Shown here piece by piece: positions 55,050-64,000 of a DNA stretch of 64,000 bases. The position numbers were made by a program, and so were the translations under genes. The stretch's first letter is position 1, and each line of letters begins with the position of its first letter. The notes below the pieces were generated by a model, which was not told the DNA's origin, ran no database searches, and worked only from the letters and a program-made list of their open reading frames with translations. The DNA comes from Candidatus Latescibacterota bacterium (GTDB lineage Bacteria; Latescibacterota; UBA2968; UBA8231): assembly GCA_965203175.1 (NCBI GenBank), contig OZ241867.1, positions 4,672,001 to 4,736,000 of the forward strand, read 5' to 3'.

Positions 55050-57776
55050 TTAATCGAGTCCTGCGATTACAGTAATGAACTGCGATATGCCCGTAGAGGG
55101 ATTTTGTCCCTTTTCGTCTATGCGGTTGATTCTCACGCCCAACTGGGTGGTCAAAGCATATCCCAGATAAGCGCCTGTATTGGAGTACTGGACCGCCAGC
55201 ACCAACTCCTGGAAATCTTCTTGCAGACCTAGGGCTTTCGCATCTTCTTCGAATTGGTTGAATAGGGTGTACTCGACGCCCACCTGTACTTCCGAGCCGG
55301 TCAGTATAGGAGTCTGGCCAATGAGGAACAGGATCAGGGTGTCCTCTTTGCGCACCGGCTCGTTGCTCAGCAAGGGCGTTTCAAAACGCAGCTCGTTTTT
55401 GATCTTGGGAAAGAGCCGAAAGCGTCCCAACTGTTGCCGGTACTCTGCCTTGTTGATAAGGCCGAAAAACTGGTACTTGTCGCGAAAGTCCGCCTGTTCC
55501 TCTCGCTGATGCCAGACGTCGTATTTCACTTTGTTGACCAGTTTCAGCTTGGCGCTCGCGGTGTAGTCAAAACCGAGATAGGCGGAATTTATCCACGTAT
55601 TGGGAGCGGCCAGCAGATCTGGAACCCGCTGCAGATTCGCCTCGGTACCCGCCGGCTGCACCCACTGGACGACATCGTCCGGGATAGTGTCCTCGACCAG
55701 CTTGACCATGTCGAAGACCCGCAGCCGGCCTAACCCGGCTATATCCCGATCCCAAGTGAACATCCCGTAGCTGCTGTTTTCCTCTCGATCGCTGGCCAGC
55801 GTGCGCTCCTGCTTGCGGCCAACCGTCACCCGCATCCCAGGCATGATGTGAGCGCCTACATAGATATTGCCTCCGCGGCGGTCGCGGTCGTAGGGGAAAT
55901 CGGGCTCTTCGTCGTTTTCAAAGCGATCGATCCAGAAATTGTTGTTCATGTCCACTCCGAAGAGGAACTCGGGGCGATCGACGCTGTAGCGCAAGAAAGG
56001 CTCTTCGTAATCGGGAATGTAATTCGGCCGGAAGTCGGTGTCGTTCTGGTTGAAATCGGAGATGAAATCGTTGTTTTCGTCCCAGCCCGGGAAGATTTCC
56101 CGGTCCGGTCCCGCTTGATTGATGCGCTGCCAGTCGGGCGTGCGATCCTGATCGTCGTTGTCCTCGACGAATTCGTAGAAAAACCGGCGTTCGTTGGTGT
56201 AGTCGATGTCTCCGTTCGCTTCCGTGAGCAAGCCGGTAGTGCCGTAGTCGTAATCCATGCTGTAGAGTTCGCCAAAAAGGAAGAAGGCATAGCCCCGCCG
56301 CGCCAGATTGATCATCCAAGCACTAGCCTCGTCGGAGTCCATGAGGTGTTCGGTGAATTTGCGATTGGGGTATTTGCGGAAGCGCCGGCTGCGATCGAAC
56401 TCGGCGTACAGGTCAAAGCCCAGCAGATCGTTTACTTCGATGGTGCCGCCGAAGATATCGTTGCCCGTGGGCAAGCCGTAATCAAAGCGCACCAATTGCA
56501 GATTGGAGCCGTCTTTTACATTGCCCGCAGCCCGCGCCTGAGTCAGGAAGACCGGCTGGCGCTCGGGCAGATTGGTCTGGCGATCCGACCCCATCTCAAT
56601 GCGGTAGTCGTTGGCCACGGCCAATTCGATGGTGACCTTGCGGATGGTGGACAGATCCGGGCCGTTGTATGAGCGGTTCTCGCTAGTGAAATCATAAGTC
56701 AACACGATCTGTTCGCTGCCGTCGGCGGCGAGAAAGCCCCGCCGGCGAAACCCCCCGTTGATGAGGGCGCTGAAGCCGATCTCGCTGCCGCGCACCGTCT
56801 CTTTGCGAATTTCGATCTTCTCTTCGCCATCGTCTGTTACAACCACGACCTCGGTCTCGGCCTCGATGATGATATCGTGGGAAAACAGCGCGGCCCCCCC
56901 TTCGCGATCCGTGGGTGAATCATCGCTCAGACGGACGAAGATCTGGCTGATGGGTTCGAGGTTCTGCCCCACGGTCAGGGCTCCGCTTATGGGGTCTCCC
57001 TCAAGGCTCTCTAGCAGGGTCTGGGAATGATGAGCGTTGACATACGTGGCACCCACCTTGACAAAATCGCCGATCTGACTCGTTCCCCTAAAGCCGAGGA
57101 GATTGGTGCTATTGGTGCCTTCCACCGTTATAGTGCTTGCTCTACCCGGCGAACTGATGCGCGACATCAACACCGTGATCGCATGCTTGTCGGACTGGAG
57201 ATCCATCTGCACCCCGTCGAAAGCCGGCTTGGAAAAAGTCATGGGCGTCAGCGTGGTGCGGATTTGTTCGCCAATAGTCAGGGCCGTGTGGTACTGGCCG
57301 CTGCGGTCCGAGGAGATGACCAGCCGATTGAACCACGCTCCAAACCGCGGATCTTTGAAAATGGCGCTGCCGAACTGCTGAGGCTGCTGCTGGCGCCAAT
57401 CGTAGATGAGCCATCCTTTAGTGATGAAAGACCCATACAGGTCGTAAAAATAATCCCCCTCTATGTCGGGGCTCAAATAACGCTGATAGTGGTCCCGGGC
57501 ATAATTGGTGTACTCCCATTGCTTCCAGCGATAGAGTAGGAAGAGTTCCTGCGGCACGTACCAGCGCCGCACGGCCGGGTCCAAGGCGTCAAAGAGCACG
57601 CCCGAACCCACTGGTTCGTACGACACCTCGCCGCCGCGCTGCAGGCCCAATCTGTGGCCATAATCGAGTCCTTGGGCTACGGCTCCTTCGGGCACTGCGA
57701 CAATACTCAGCAGTAGTGCGATACCCGCAGCTGCGAGGAAAAGCTGCCGGCCCGTACGCGTACTCCATCTGGTCAT
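55050..57776 (-). CDS. Exported 908-aa protein, putative outer-membrane beta-barrel
   Basis: Signal peptide; many amphipathic aromatic strands separated by turns in the C-terminal third; acidic DxNxD-like loops. Confidence 0.6.
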   Translation of the reverse strand: MTRWSTRTGRQLFLAAAGIALLLSIVAVPEGAVAQGLDYGHRLGLQRGGEVSYEPVGSGVLFDALDPAVRRWYVPQELFLLYRWKQWEYTNYARDHYQRYLSPDIEGDYFYDLYGSFITKGWLIYDWRQQQPQQFGSAIFKDPRFGAWFNRLVISSDRSGQYHTALTIGEQIRTTLTPMTFSKPAFDGVQMDLQSDKHAITVLMSRISSPGRASTITVEGTNSTNLLGFRGTSQIGDFVKVGATYVNAHHSQTLLESLEGDPISGALTVGQNLEPISQIFVRLSDDSPTDREGGAALFSHDIIIEAETEVVVVTDDGEEKIEIRKETVRGSEIGFSALINGGFRRRGFLAADGSEQIVLTYDFTSENRSYNGPDLSTIRKVTIELAVANDYRIEMGSDRQTNLPERQPVFLTQARAAGNVKDGSNLQLVRFDYGLPTGNDIFGGTIEVNDLLGFDLYAEFDRSRRFRKYPNRKFTEHLMDSDEASAWMINLARRGYAFFLFGELYSMDYDYGTTGLLTEANGDIDYTNERRFFYEFVEDNDDQDRTPDWQRINQAGPDREIFPGWDENNDFISDFNQNDTDFRPNYIPDYEEPFLRYSVDRPEFLFGVDMNNNFWIDRFENDEEPDFPYDRDRRGGNIYVGAHIMPGMRVTVGRKQERTLASDREENSSYGMFTWDRDIAGLGRLRVFDMVKLVEDTIPDDVVQWVQPAGTEANLQRVPDLLAAPNTWINSAYLGFDYTASAKLKLVNKVKYDVWHQREEQADFRDKYQFFGLINKAEYRQQLGRFRLFPKIKNELRFETPLLSNEPVRKEDTLILFLIGQTPILTGSEVQVGVEYTLFNQFEEDAKALGLQEDFQELVLAVQYSNTGAYLGYALTTQLGVRINRIDEKGQNPSTGISQFITVIAGLD

Positions 57777-57794
57777 ATGACCCCCCTGTTGATG

Positions 57795-59540
57795 CTAATA
57801 GATGACTGCCACAGTACTGCTGCGGCTCACCGTGCCGCTGTCCGTTACCACTTTCACCTGCAAGACGTAAAGTCCCGGCGGCAGATAGCGGCCTTGGTCA
57901 TTCTGGCCGCTCCATTGCACCAGATGACGCCCACTCTGGTTTTTTTTCACCGGCAATTCCGCCACTTGCCTTCCGGCTAGGTCGTAGACCCGCAAAGAAA
58001 CCGGAACATCGTTGATCAGGTGCAGTAGATCGTAGCTGATGGTCGTCTGATCGTTGATCCCGTCTCCATTGGGCGTAAAAGGGTTGGGGGTCACGGTCAC
58101 CCGGTGGACGACTGGGTCCTGAGCCAGCGGCACCCGCACGCTCAGATCGTCGCCGAGCAGCGATCCCGCCGCATCTCCTTCTTCAATTTCCTGGGGCAAG
58201 CCGTCCGACTGACTGTCGCGCAGGCGCCCGCTAAAAACCGTCTCGTAGCGCAAAATCGCGGCGTCGAAAACCATCCGCAGATCGTGGTTGCCGCTCTGGT
58301 GGGGAAAGGTCACCCTCAAGCCGCTCTCGTGGGACTCCGCGACGAAATCCTCCACCTCCAAGTCGTCGAGGTGCAGCGACCGAACCGTATGCACCGGAAC
58401 AGAGCTATCGATCTCCAAGCGGTCGAAACCTCGGCTACCGACCACTTGGACGGCATAAGTAAAGACCGTATCCACCCCAACCGGCACATTCTGGGGCCAT
58501 ATTTCCCCGACTATGGACTCCGCTACTGGAGCGGAAAATTCAAACGCCAGTGAATCCACTGCGGTACCGTCCTCCAGCCCATCGCTTTCAAAGTCCAAGC
58601 GGAACTGGAAGTACTGCCTTGGTGCCGGCGAAAGAATCGGGGTATTTCCGCTCAGGTAGGGAGCGGACCAAGGGCTCCAAGCGTCCGGTTCATCTGTAGG
58701 AGACGGACTGCTGCCGCTGCGAGTGCGGATGAAAAACCGGGACTTTTCGGGATGTCCCACGGCCTCGGCCGCCCAGTGCAGTTGGCCCCAGAGCGTGGGC
58801 TGATTAAAATCGAAGACTTGGGACAAATAGTCGGCCTCGGGGACAAAACCCCGCCCGAAGACTTCAATCTCGTCAATTTCCCAATTGGATCTGTCCGTGG
58901 CCTGCAACAGGAGATAGCGCACATAGCGCAAGGGAAACTGCACGTTTACAGTATCCTGGCTATTGCCGGTCTGCTGATCTATCTGGACGAAGAGGTTTTT
59001 ACTCGGCAGCCCGTCGATAGACTCGGCTACGAATTCAGCTCCGAAAATACCGTCGTTGATGAAGAGCGCATAGCCCCTCATGAAGTCATCCGGAAAAGCG
59101 GTGCGCGGGAAAAAGCGGATGCGATTCACCCCGAAGCGAGCGCCTAGGTCGAAGATCACGAGAATGCCCGAAGCCGTTATGTTCTTGACTTCAAAAGCCG
59201 TCTGAGGATCTCCGTCCACCATGCTCTCTAGGTTTGCCGCCAGCGTCTCCTTGTCGCCCCGCAAGACGGCCTGGGCATTTGGCGAAACCACTCTGCCACC
59301 ACGCGCTAAAGTCCCCGAGGCGATGTTGGTGGTAGTATCGATAAAACTGGGCAGGATCCACCCAGGGCGGCTGGTAAAATCAATGATCGGCGCGGCCGCG
59401 GCACGCTCCTCCCAGCTCTCCCCACCGGCACTGCCGCCGACCACTCGGATATCTGCAGCCTGCGCTGCCGCCGCCAGCGCCAACCAGAGCGACACTAGCA
59501 GGGGCCGGTAAACCCGCGAGATTGAACAATCTCTCCTCAT
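57795..59540 (-). CDS. Exported discoidin-like + FlgD-Ig protein (short subtype I)
   Basis: Signal peptide; MVDGD...FDLG...RIRFFPR; IRTRSG...WSPWSAPY...SPAPRQYFQF; NPFTPNGDGIND...VIY*. Confidence 0.8.
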   Translation of the reverse strand: MRRDCSISRVYRPLLVSLWLALAAAAQAADIRVVGGSAGGESWEERAAAAPIIDFTSRPGWILPSFIDTTTNIASGTLARGGRVVSPNAQAVLRGDKETLAANLESMVDGDPQTAFEVKNITASGILVIFDLGARFGVNRIRFFPRTAFPDDFMRGYALFINDGIFGAEFVAESIDGLPSKNLFVQIDQQTGNSQDTVNVQFPLRYVRYLLLQATDRSNWEIDEIEVFGRGFVPEADYLSQVFDFNQPTLWGQLHWAAEAVGHPEKSRFFIRTRSGSSPSPTDEPDAWSPWSAPYLSGNTPILSPAPRQYFQFRLDFESDGLEDGTAVDSLAFEFSAPVAESIVGEIWPQNVPVGVDTVFTYAVQVVGSRGFDRLEIDSSVPVHTVRSLHLDDLEVEDFVAESHESGLRVTFPHQSGNHDLRMVFDAAILRYETVFSGRLRDSQSDGLPQEIEEGDAAGSLLGDDLSVRVPLAQDPVVHRVTVTPNPFTPNGDGINDQTTISYDLLHLINDVPVSLRVYDLAGRQVAELPVKKNQSGRHLVQWSGQNDQGRYLPPGLYVLQVKVVTDSGTVSRSSTVAVIY

Positions 59541-59582
59541 CTACAACTCCTGCCCCTTTCGGTGCCATGCTACCACGTATAC

Positions 59583-59625
59583 AAAAATGCCGCCATGCCA
59601 GAAGAAACTCTCGGCATGGCGGCAT
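59583..59625 (-). terminator. Rho-independent terminator after the CBM9-like gene
   Basis: 13-bp stem atgccgccatgcc / ggcatggcggcat followed by a T run on the minus strand. Confidence 0.7.
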
Positions 59626-59664
59626 GGCGATCATGTGCAGCCAAACCTCTACTGCGCAGTGCAA

Positions 59665-60579
59665 CTACTCGGCAAAGGTGGCCTTTATATGGCCCCAGGT
59701 CTTTTCCTCCACCGCTGTGCCCGCTCGGACTTGCGAGGCCCAGTCGATGTCGGGATCAACCGGACTCAGATAAAAGTCGCTGAGGAAATCGGCGTGGTGA
59801 CAGCTATTGGTGTCGCCACTCAAGGTCCAGTAGCCATCGTAGCCGCCACCAGTGTCCGAATCCAAGACCGTGAAGTTGAAACCGAAGATCTCATTTTCTT
59901 TGAGAATGTGCTGGACGCTGTTCGGTACGTCGGTCCAGCGCAGATCGTTCCACGGAGTATAGGCATACTCGGCATAGAAGTTGCCGGGCTCCCCTGGTCC
60001 GTTGGTACAGGAGAAGGCTGCGTCGCCAAACGGTGGCAAGGCATGCTCGTAGGTCTTGTGCCAAGCATAGCGTCCGTTCGGGCGCAGACCGTACCCCTGA
60101 GCCTGCTGGCCATGCAGAATGTCTTTCTCTTCCTGGGTCAGGGAGTCGTCGTTCCAGGAGTTGAACTGACCGCCGCTGTGGTCGCCGTCGATCTGGATCT
60201 CTAGGAAATCGCGGGCATTGCCGGTACAGCCACTGCCTTTGGCGTTTTCCCAACTGTTATCGCCCACCCAGACGGCGTCATCCCAGCGATCTTCCATGAT
60301 GTAGACTTTGTTGGTCTCCGGGCTCCAACCGACGAAGGCCCGCAGGGCCAGATCCGCGGCATCGCGCTGAGTGCCCAGTCCGGTCACCGTCTCGGTCAAA
60401 TCCTCGTGGGTGATCAAATAGGGATCAGTAACCACGTCCCAATCGGACAGATCACTGTCGATGATGGGAAGGTGTCCGGTGGGAAATTGAACAGCCGGCC
60501 TCACCACCCCTTCGGGCAAATGAGCCCAGCAAGTAGTGGAGACTAAAATAGCTCCAGCAATAAGGGCAACTTTCTTCAT
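59665..60579 (-). CDS. Exported CBM9/DOMON-like protein with C-terminal TAVExxTWGxIK tail
   Basis: Signal peptide MKKVAL...WA; PIIDSDLSDW...EIQIDGDHSGG; ends GTAVEEKTWGHIKATFAE. Confidence 0.7.
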   Translation of the reverse strand: MKKVALIAGAILVSTTCWAHLPEGVVRPAVQFPTGHLPIIDSDLSDWDVVTDPYLITHEDLTETVTGLGTQRDAADLALRAFVGWSPETNKVYIMEDRWDDAVWVGDNSWENAKGSGCTGNARDFLEIQIDGDHSGGQFNSWNDDSLTQEEKDILHGQQAQGYGLRPNGRYAWHKTYEHALPPFGDAAFSCTNGPGEPGNFYAEYAYTPWNDLRWTDVPNSVQHILKENEIFGFNFTVLDSDTGGGYDGYWTLSGDTNSCHHADFLSDFYLSPVDPDIDWASQVRAGTAVEEKTWGHIKATFAE

Positions 60580-60869
60580 GGTTTTAAACTCCGAGGTTGA
60601 GGTCAATGCGAAACGTCTGGGCTTAGGCCCAGGTACTAACCTGATCTACTCCGATTTACTCCGACGAAAAAGGGACACCTCCTTTCTGTCATAAGATATT
60701 AATTTTTTAAAGACTTATCACACCTATACCGGAAGTATTCCAGTCCACCGGTGTATTCGACGTGATGTAAAGATATGGAGTTAGAATACAAAATCCGACT
60801 GGTTAAAATCAAGTTTTTTTTCCCGTGCTCCCGCCCAATCAGCCAGTCCACGTCTAATTTCGCATTGGC

Positions 60870-61970
60870 TTACCAAGGAATGGTGTCGTACAGGAAATCC
60901 CCCGCTTCCCTGTGAGCTCGACTATTGGGGTGAAAATCCGTCGGGTGGACCCAGTAATCCCGTTCGTCCTTGCCGGCAAATTGAGCGAGGAGATCGACGT
61001 AGTGTATCCCCTCGTGCTGGGCAAGTGCCCCGAGCGTTTCGTGCACCTCTGTTAGGGGATAGGCTTCGAGCTGGTAGAACACGGGAAAGACGACCAAAGA
61101 GAATTTAATACCCTTAGCGGCGCAGGATTTCTTCATCTTGCTGAGCAACTGCCGGGTCAGGATCCAACCTAGATTATCTTTGTAGAGTTGTCGGTACCAC
61201 GCAACAGTATCTCGGGAAAGCTGCTGTCTCTTCAAGCGCGCGGCAAACCAATGCAGCGTATAGCTATTCCTCCCCGCCAGAAATCGGGCTGCCCCCACAT
61301 TGGACCGCAAGTGCATAAAATCGGCCAGTTCCTTTTCCATCTCGAGTAGACGCCCGCTCCTAAATGGATCGTTCAGGGTAAACGAGTACACGACGCGCTC
61401 GACCCGAGCAAAGTACTCGACATAGCGCTCCATGGTCTTGGCGATCCGCTTGATATTCATACCCGGCACACAGGCATTGAAAAGCTGATAGCGCTCCGCA
61501 GGGCGCTCTCGATTCAAGCGAATCTCCAAGATATGCGAAAAACGTTCCGCGACCCGGACCCCCTGCCCAAAGCCAAAGGAGTCGCCGATTACTAGGACGA
61601 TTTTGGCATTTTGCCCGTCGAACTCAGCCATCGGCCGCTCGCGCAATTGCTCTTCGTTGCGGCGCATCTCAATGGCATTGGGCACTTTGAATGGCGCTAG
61701 ATTGGCGAGGGTGGAATCATTGTTGGCATTGCCTAAATAGGTCAACTGCCCGTACGGATGTGCCCGCCGCAGATCCCAGTCAGGGGTGCCCGCAAAGTGC
61801 TCGTCGTAGCACCACAGATCGAGGTTAGGATCGGCCGTTTCGTAATAGACCAAGGGGTAGATCTGCTCGGACCGAGCAAAGAGCCAAAAAGAGACTTCAA
61901 TGGCGAGCGCGGTAACGGCCAAACTGGCAACTACCAACAGCAGCTTACCGCCAATCTCGATTCGATCCAT
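60870..61970 (-). CDS. SGNH/GDSL hydrolase family protein
   Basis: N-terminal transmembrane segment; IGDSFGFGQGV, LND, DFHPN. Confidence 0.85.
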   Translation of the reverse strand: MDRIEIGGKLLLVVASLAVTALAIEVSFWLFARSEQIYPLVYYETADPNLDLWCYDEHFAGTPDWDLRRAHPYGQLTYLGNANNDSTLANLAPFKVPNAIEMRRNEEQLRERPMAEFDGQNAKIVLVIGDSFGFGQGVRVAERFSHILEIRLNRERPAERYQLFNACVPGMNIKRIAKTMERYVEYFARVERVVYSFTLNDPFRSGRLLEMEKELADFMHLRSNVGAARFLAGRNSYTLHWFAARLKRQQLSRDTVAWYRQLYKDNLGWILTRQLLSKMKKSCAAKGIKFSLVVFPVFYQLEAYPLTEVHETLGALAQHEGIHYVDLLAQFAGKDERDYWVHPTDFHPNSRAHREAGDFLYDTIPW

Positions 61971-62028
61971 TTTTAACGATTAAACCGATGGGACAATCGG
62001 GTCGAGTTGTATCTATTCCCCCACCAGC

Positions 62029-63951
62029 CTAGCCGCGCCCTTCCGCGGTCAATTCCCGACCCAACTTTTCGATGTTATCATCGAAATAGCGCACCTCATC
62101 TTCGTACGAGGCGCGCAGGTCTTTCAACCAACGCCCGAACAATTCTCGCTCGCTCTCCTTGCGGATATTAGCTCGTATCTGCCTCTCGCGTTCTTCGTAG
62201 GAACGCGCTTCTGATTCCCGCCGACTGAGAATTTTGGCAATAGAATAGGAAGGCCCAACCTGAATGGGACCGATGAGCGAACCGATTTCCCTCTCAAAGG
62301 CCGCTGTGACCAAATCCCCAAAGCGCGCCGTCTCGTACCAGTAGAGATGGTAGTGCCCCTCTGTTTCGCTGGCGCCCGGTCGCAGACTGCGGGTGCTGGC
62401 CTGTTCCCGCATGATGTACTCTTCGGCCAACTCTTTTGGACTCGATGCCGCAGCTATTTCCTCTAGGACCGTCTCTACTCCGCCCCGCTCGTCCAACCGC
62501 TGGCAGAGCCATTCCAGAACCTCGAGATCGTCGTCCATTTTCCGCAACGCCAGTACCTCCTCTGTCAGGTCCCGCCCGGCCTGCTGCTTTTGTTTCATCT
62601 TGGTGAGCAGGTCGATCAAAGGAGAAACCCGACGGAAGATGCCGCGAATCTCGGCGAGCAGCGCCTCGGCCTCGGCCTCGCTGGCCAACTGGATCTCCAC
62701 CACGTTCACCTCCGAGGCGGTCCGGTACTGGTCCTTGGTTTCTTCGTAGTAATCGAGTACCTCTTGTTCGCTTATCTCCTCGTCTGTCGCAGTAGCGATC
62801 TGGCGCATGGTCACAATCAGTACTTCTTCTTCCTTGCGCTTGACCCATTCTTCGAGTTCGCGGTCGAGCTCCAACTTATCCGCCTCCATCCACATGAGTT
62901 GCGGGATTACTACGTCGCGCTCCAAAAAATGGGCCACTCTCGCACTGTCGGATACGTTTCTGCCTTGGCGAATGAACGGAGATTGCAAGATGGCTTCTCC
63001 GAGCGCGATCTGTCCCCCCGCATACTTGAAGAGGGGCATCTCGGCGGCACCTTCTGGAATTTGGAACGTCTTTTTGCCGGTCTCCGGATCCTCCCGACCA
63101 CTGTGCAATATTTCCATCAGGGTGCCCAAGCCGTGCGGATCCGGCGTCAATTGGAACTGCTCGGCCAGCGAATCTGCATACGCCTTTCTGCGGGCGTCCA
63201 ACCATTCTTCGGACAGTGTCTTAAAAAGAAAATCCCTAGTTTGCTCGTAGGTCCCTTGCAACTCATTTAGGACCTTGAAAATTTCGTAACCTTGGGGGAC
63301 GGCTATGGGCTCTGATATTTCCCCAACTTTGAGACTGAAGAGTACATCGCGCACCAGTGGGACGGCGTGGAAGCGGCTGTAATACAAAGGTTTCACGCCT
63401 CCGAGCGAAGCCGTGCGCGAATGAGTCGAAAATTCGCGCGCTACTTCCTCAAAAGGAGTACCGGCCCGCAGAGCCGCCATCGCCTCCTCGGCGCGCTCCT
63501 GGGTGGGTACGACGATATGGGCAATTTTGATCCAGCGCTCCCAGTTCTGCTCGGCAAACACGCGCCGCATTTCCGCCTCGGTAATGGAGACCTGGTCCTG
63601 GACAGCGCGCTGCTCGATCTCTCGTATCAGCCGCCGTCGCAGAGCCGTCGCCACCTCGCTGACAAACGCCGGACTCCGGTCTAATTTGCCGGCGCGCGCT
63701 TCTCGGAGAATGAGCGTCCGATCGATCAGCGACTGCAAGTATTCGCGGACTTTTGCACCGCCTTCCTGTTCGCTCTTGGCCCACTCGGCCACATTGTCAA
63801 TCAGGTAACGTATATCCCGATCCGTGATCACCTCTTCGCCTACCTGGGCCAGCGGCAATGCCTCCTTTTGGGCGCTCGGCTCCTGCTCCCCGCAAGCGAC
63901 GAGCACCGCAATGCCCAGTGCACTCCACATCGACAACTTTCGCAAGTACAT
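62029..63951 (-). CDS. PpiC-type peptidyl-prolyl isomerase lipoprotein (SurA/PrsA-like, two parvulin domains)
   Basis: Lipobox LVAC; IAHIVV...FEEVAREFS...GG...GEISEPI...GYEIFKV; second degenerate parvulin domain. Confidence 0.85.
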   Translation of the reverse strand: MYLRKLSMWSALGIAVLVACGEQEPSAQKEALPLAQVGEEVITDRDIRYLIDNVAEWAKSEQEGGAKVREYLQSLIDRTLILREARAGKLDRSPAFVSEVATALRRRLIREIEQRAVQDQVSITEAEMRRVFAEQNWERWIKIAHIVVPTQERAEEAMAALRAGTPFEEVAREFSTHSRTASLGGVKPLYYSRFHAVPLVRDVLFSLKVGEISEPIAVPQGYEIFKVLNELQGTYEQTRDFLFKTLSEEWLDARRKAYADSLAEQFQLTPDPHGLGTLMEILHSGREDPETGKKTFQIPEGAAEMPLFKYAGGQIALGEAILQSPFIRQGRNVSDSARVAHFLERDVVIPQLMWMEADKLELDRELEEWVKRKEEEVLIVTMRQIATATDEEISEQEVLDYYEETKDQYRTASEVNVVEIQLASEAEAEALLAEIRGIFRRVSPLIDLLTKMKQKQQAGRDLTEEVLALRKMDDDLEVLEWLCQRLDERGGVETVLEEIAAASSPKELAEEYIMREQASTRSLRPGASETEGHYHLYWYETARFGDLVTAAFEREIGSLIGPIQVGPSYSIAKILSRRESEARSYEERERQIRANIRKESERELFGRWLKDLRASYEDEVRYFDDNIEKLGRELTAEGRG

Positions 63952-64000
63952 ATTCTCTCCTATTAACGTGGCCAGAGCAGCGCCCGCTCCGCGTCAATGC

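Noticed and set aside
60607-60869. AT-rich intergenic region as a possible ncRNA
   Set aside because: No convincing stems or known RNA motifs; consistent with an ordinary promoter region.

Overview
GC-rich, densely coding bacterial window. Its gene families (DUF6785-type membrane proteins, many FlgD-Ig/FTPNGDGxND-tailed exported proteins, a protein ending in a TWGxIK tail, PhyH and Gfo/Idh/MocA enzymes) resemble Latescibacterota/FCB-group genomes; this taxonomy is inference. The left half holds carbohydrate and redox catabolic genes interrupted by small acquired elements. These are a direct-repeat-flanked HTH-trxA-chorismate mutase cassette, an AT-richer island flanked by a 31-bp gene-end duplication (TIGR04255-like/small ORF/PemK-like triad plus a decayed TIR-like gene), an IS200/IS605 element with readable ends (TAM CCAT, right end TTAC), and a 98-bp MITE. 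The right half (41-64 kb) is the most striking part. It has five paralogous exported proteins with discoidin-like variable domains, a shared scaffold and a conserved C-terminal FTPNGDG...Y* domain, in two subtypes that occur as pairs. They cluster with a 908-aa putative outer-membrane protein, a DUF6785 inner-membrane protein behind a structured leader, a CBM9-like protein and a PpiC chaperone, forming a candidate uncharacterised surface receptor/sorting/uptake system. No rRNA, tRNA, CRISPR array or reverse transcriptase was seen. All calls are by-eye motif recognition without database searches.
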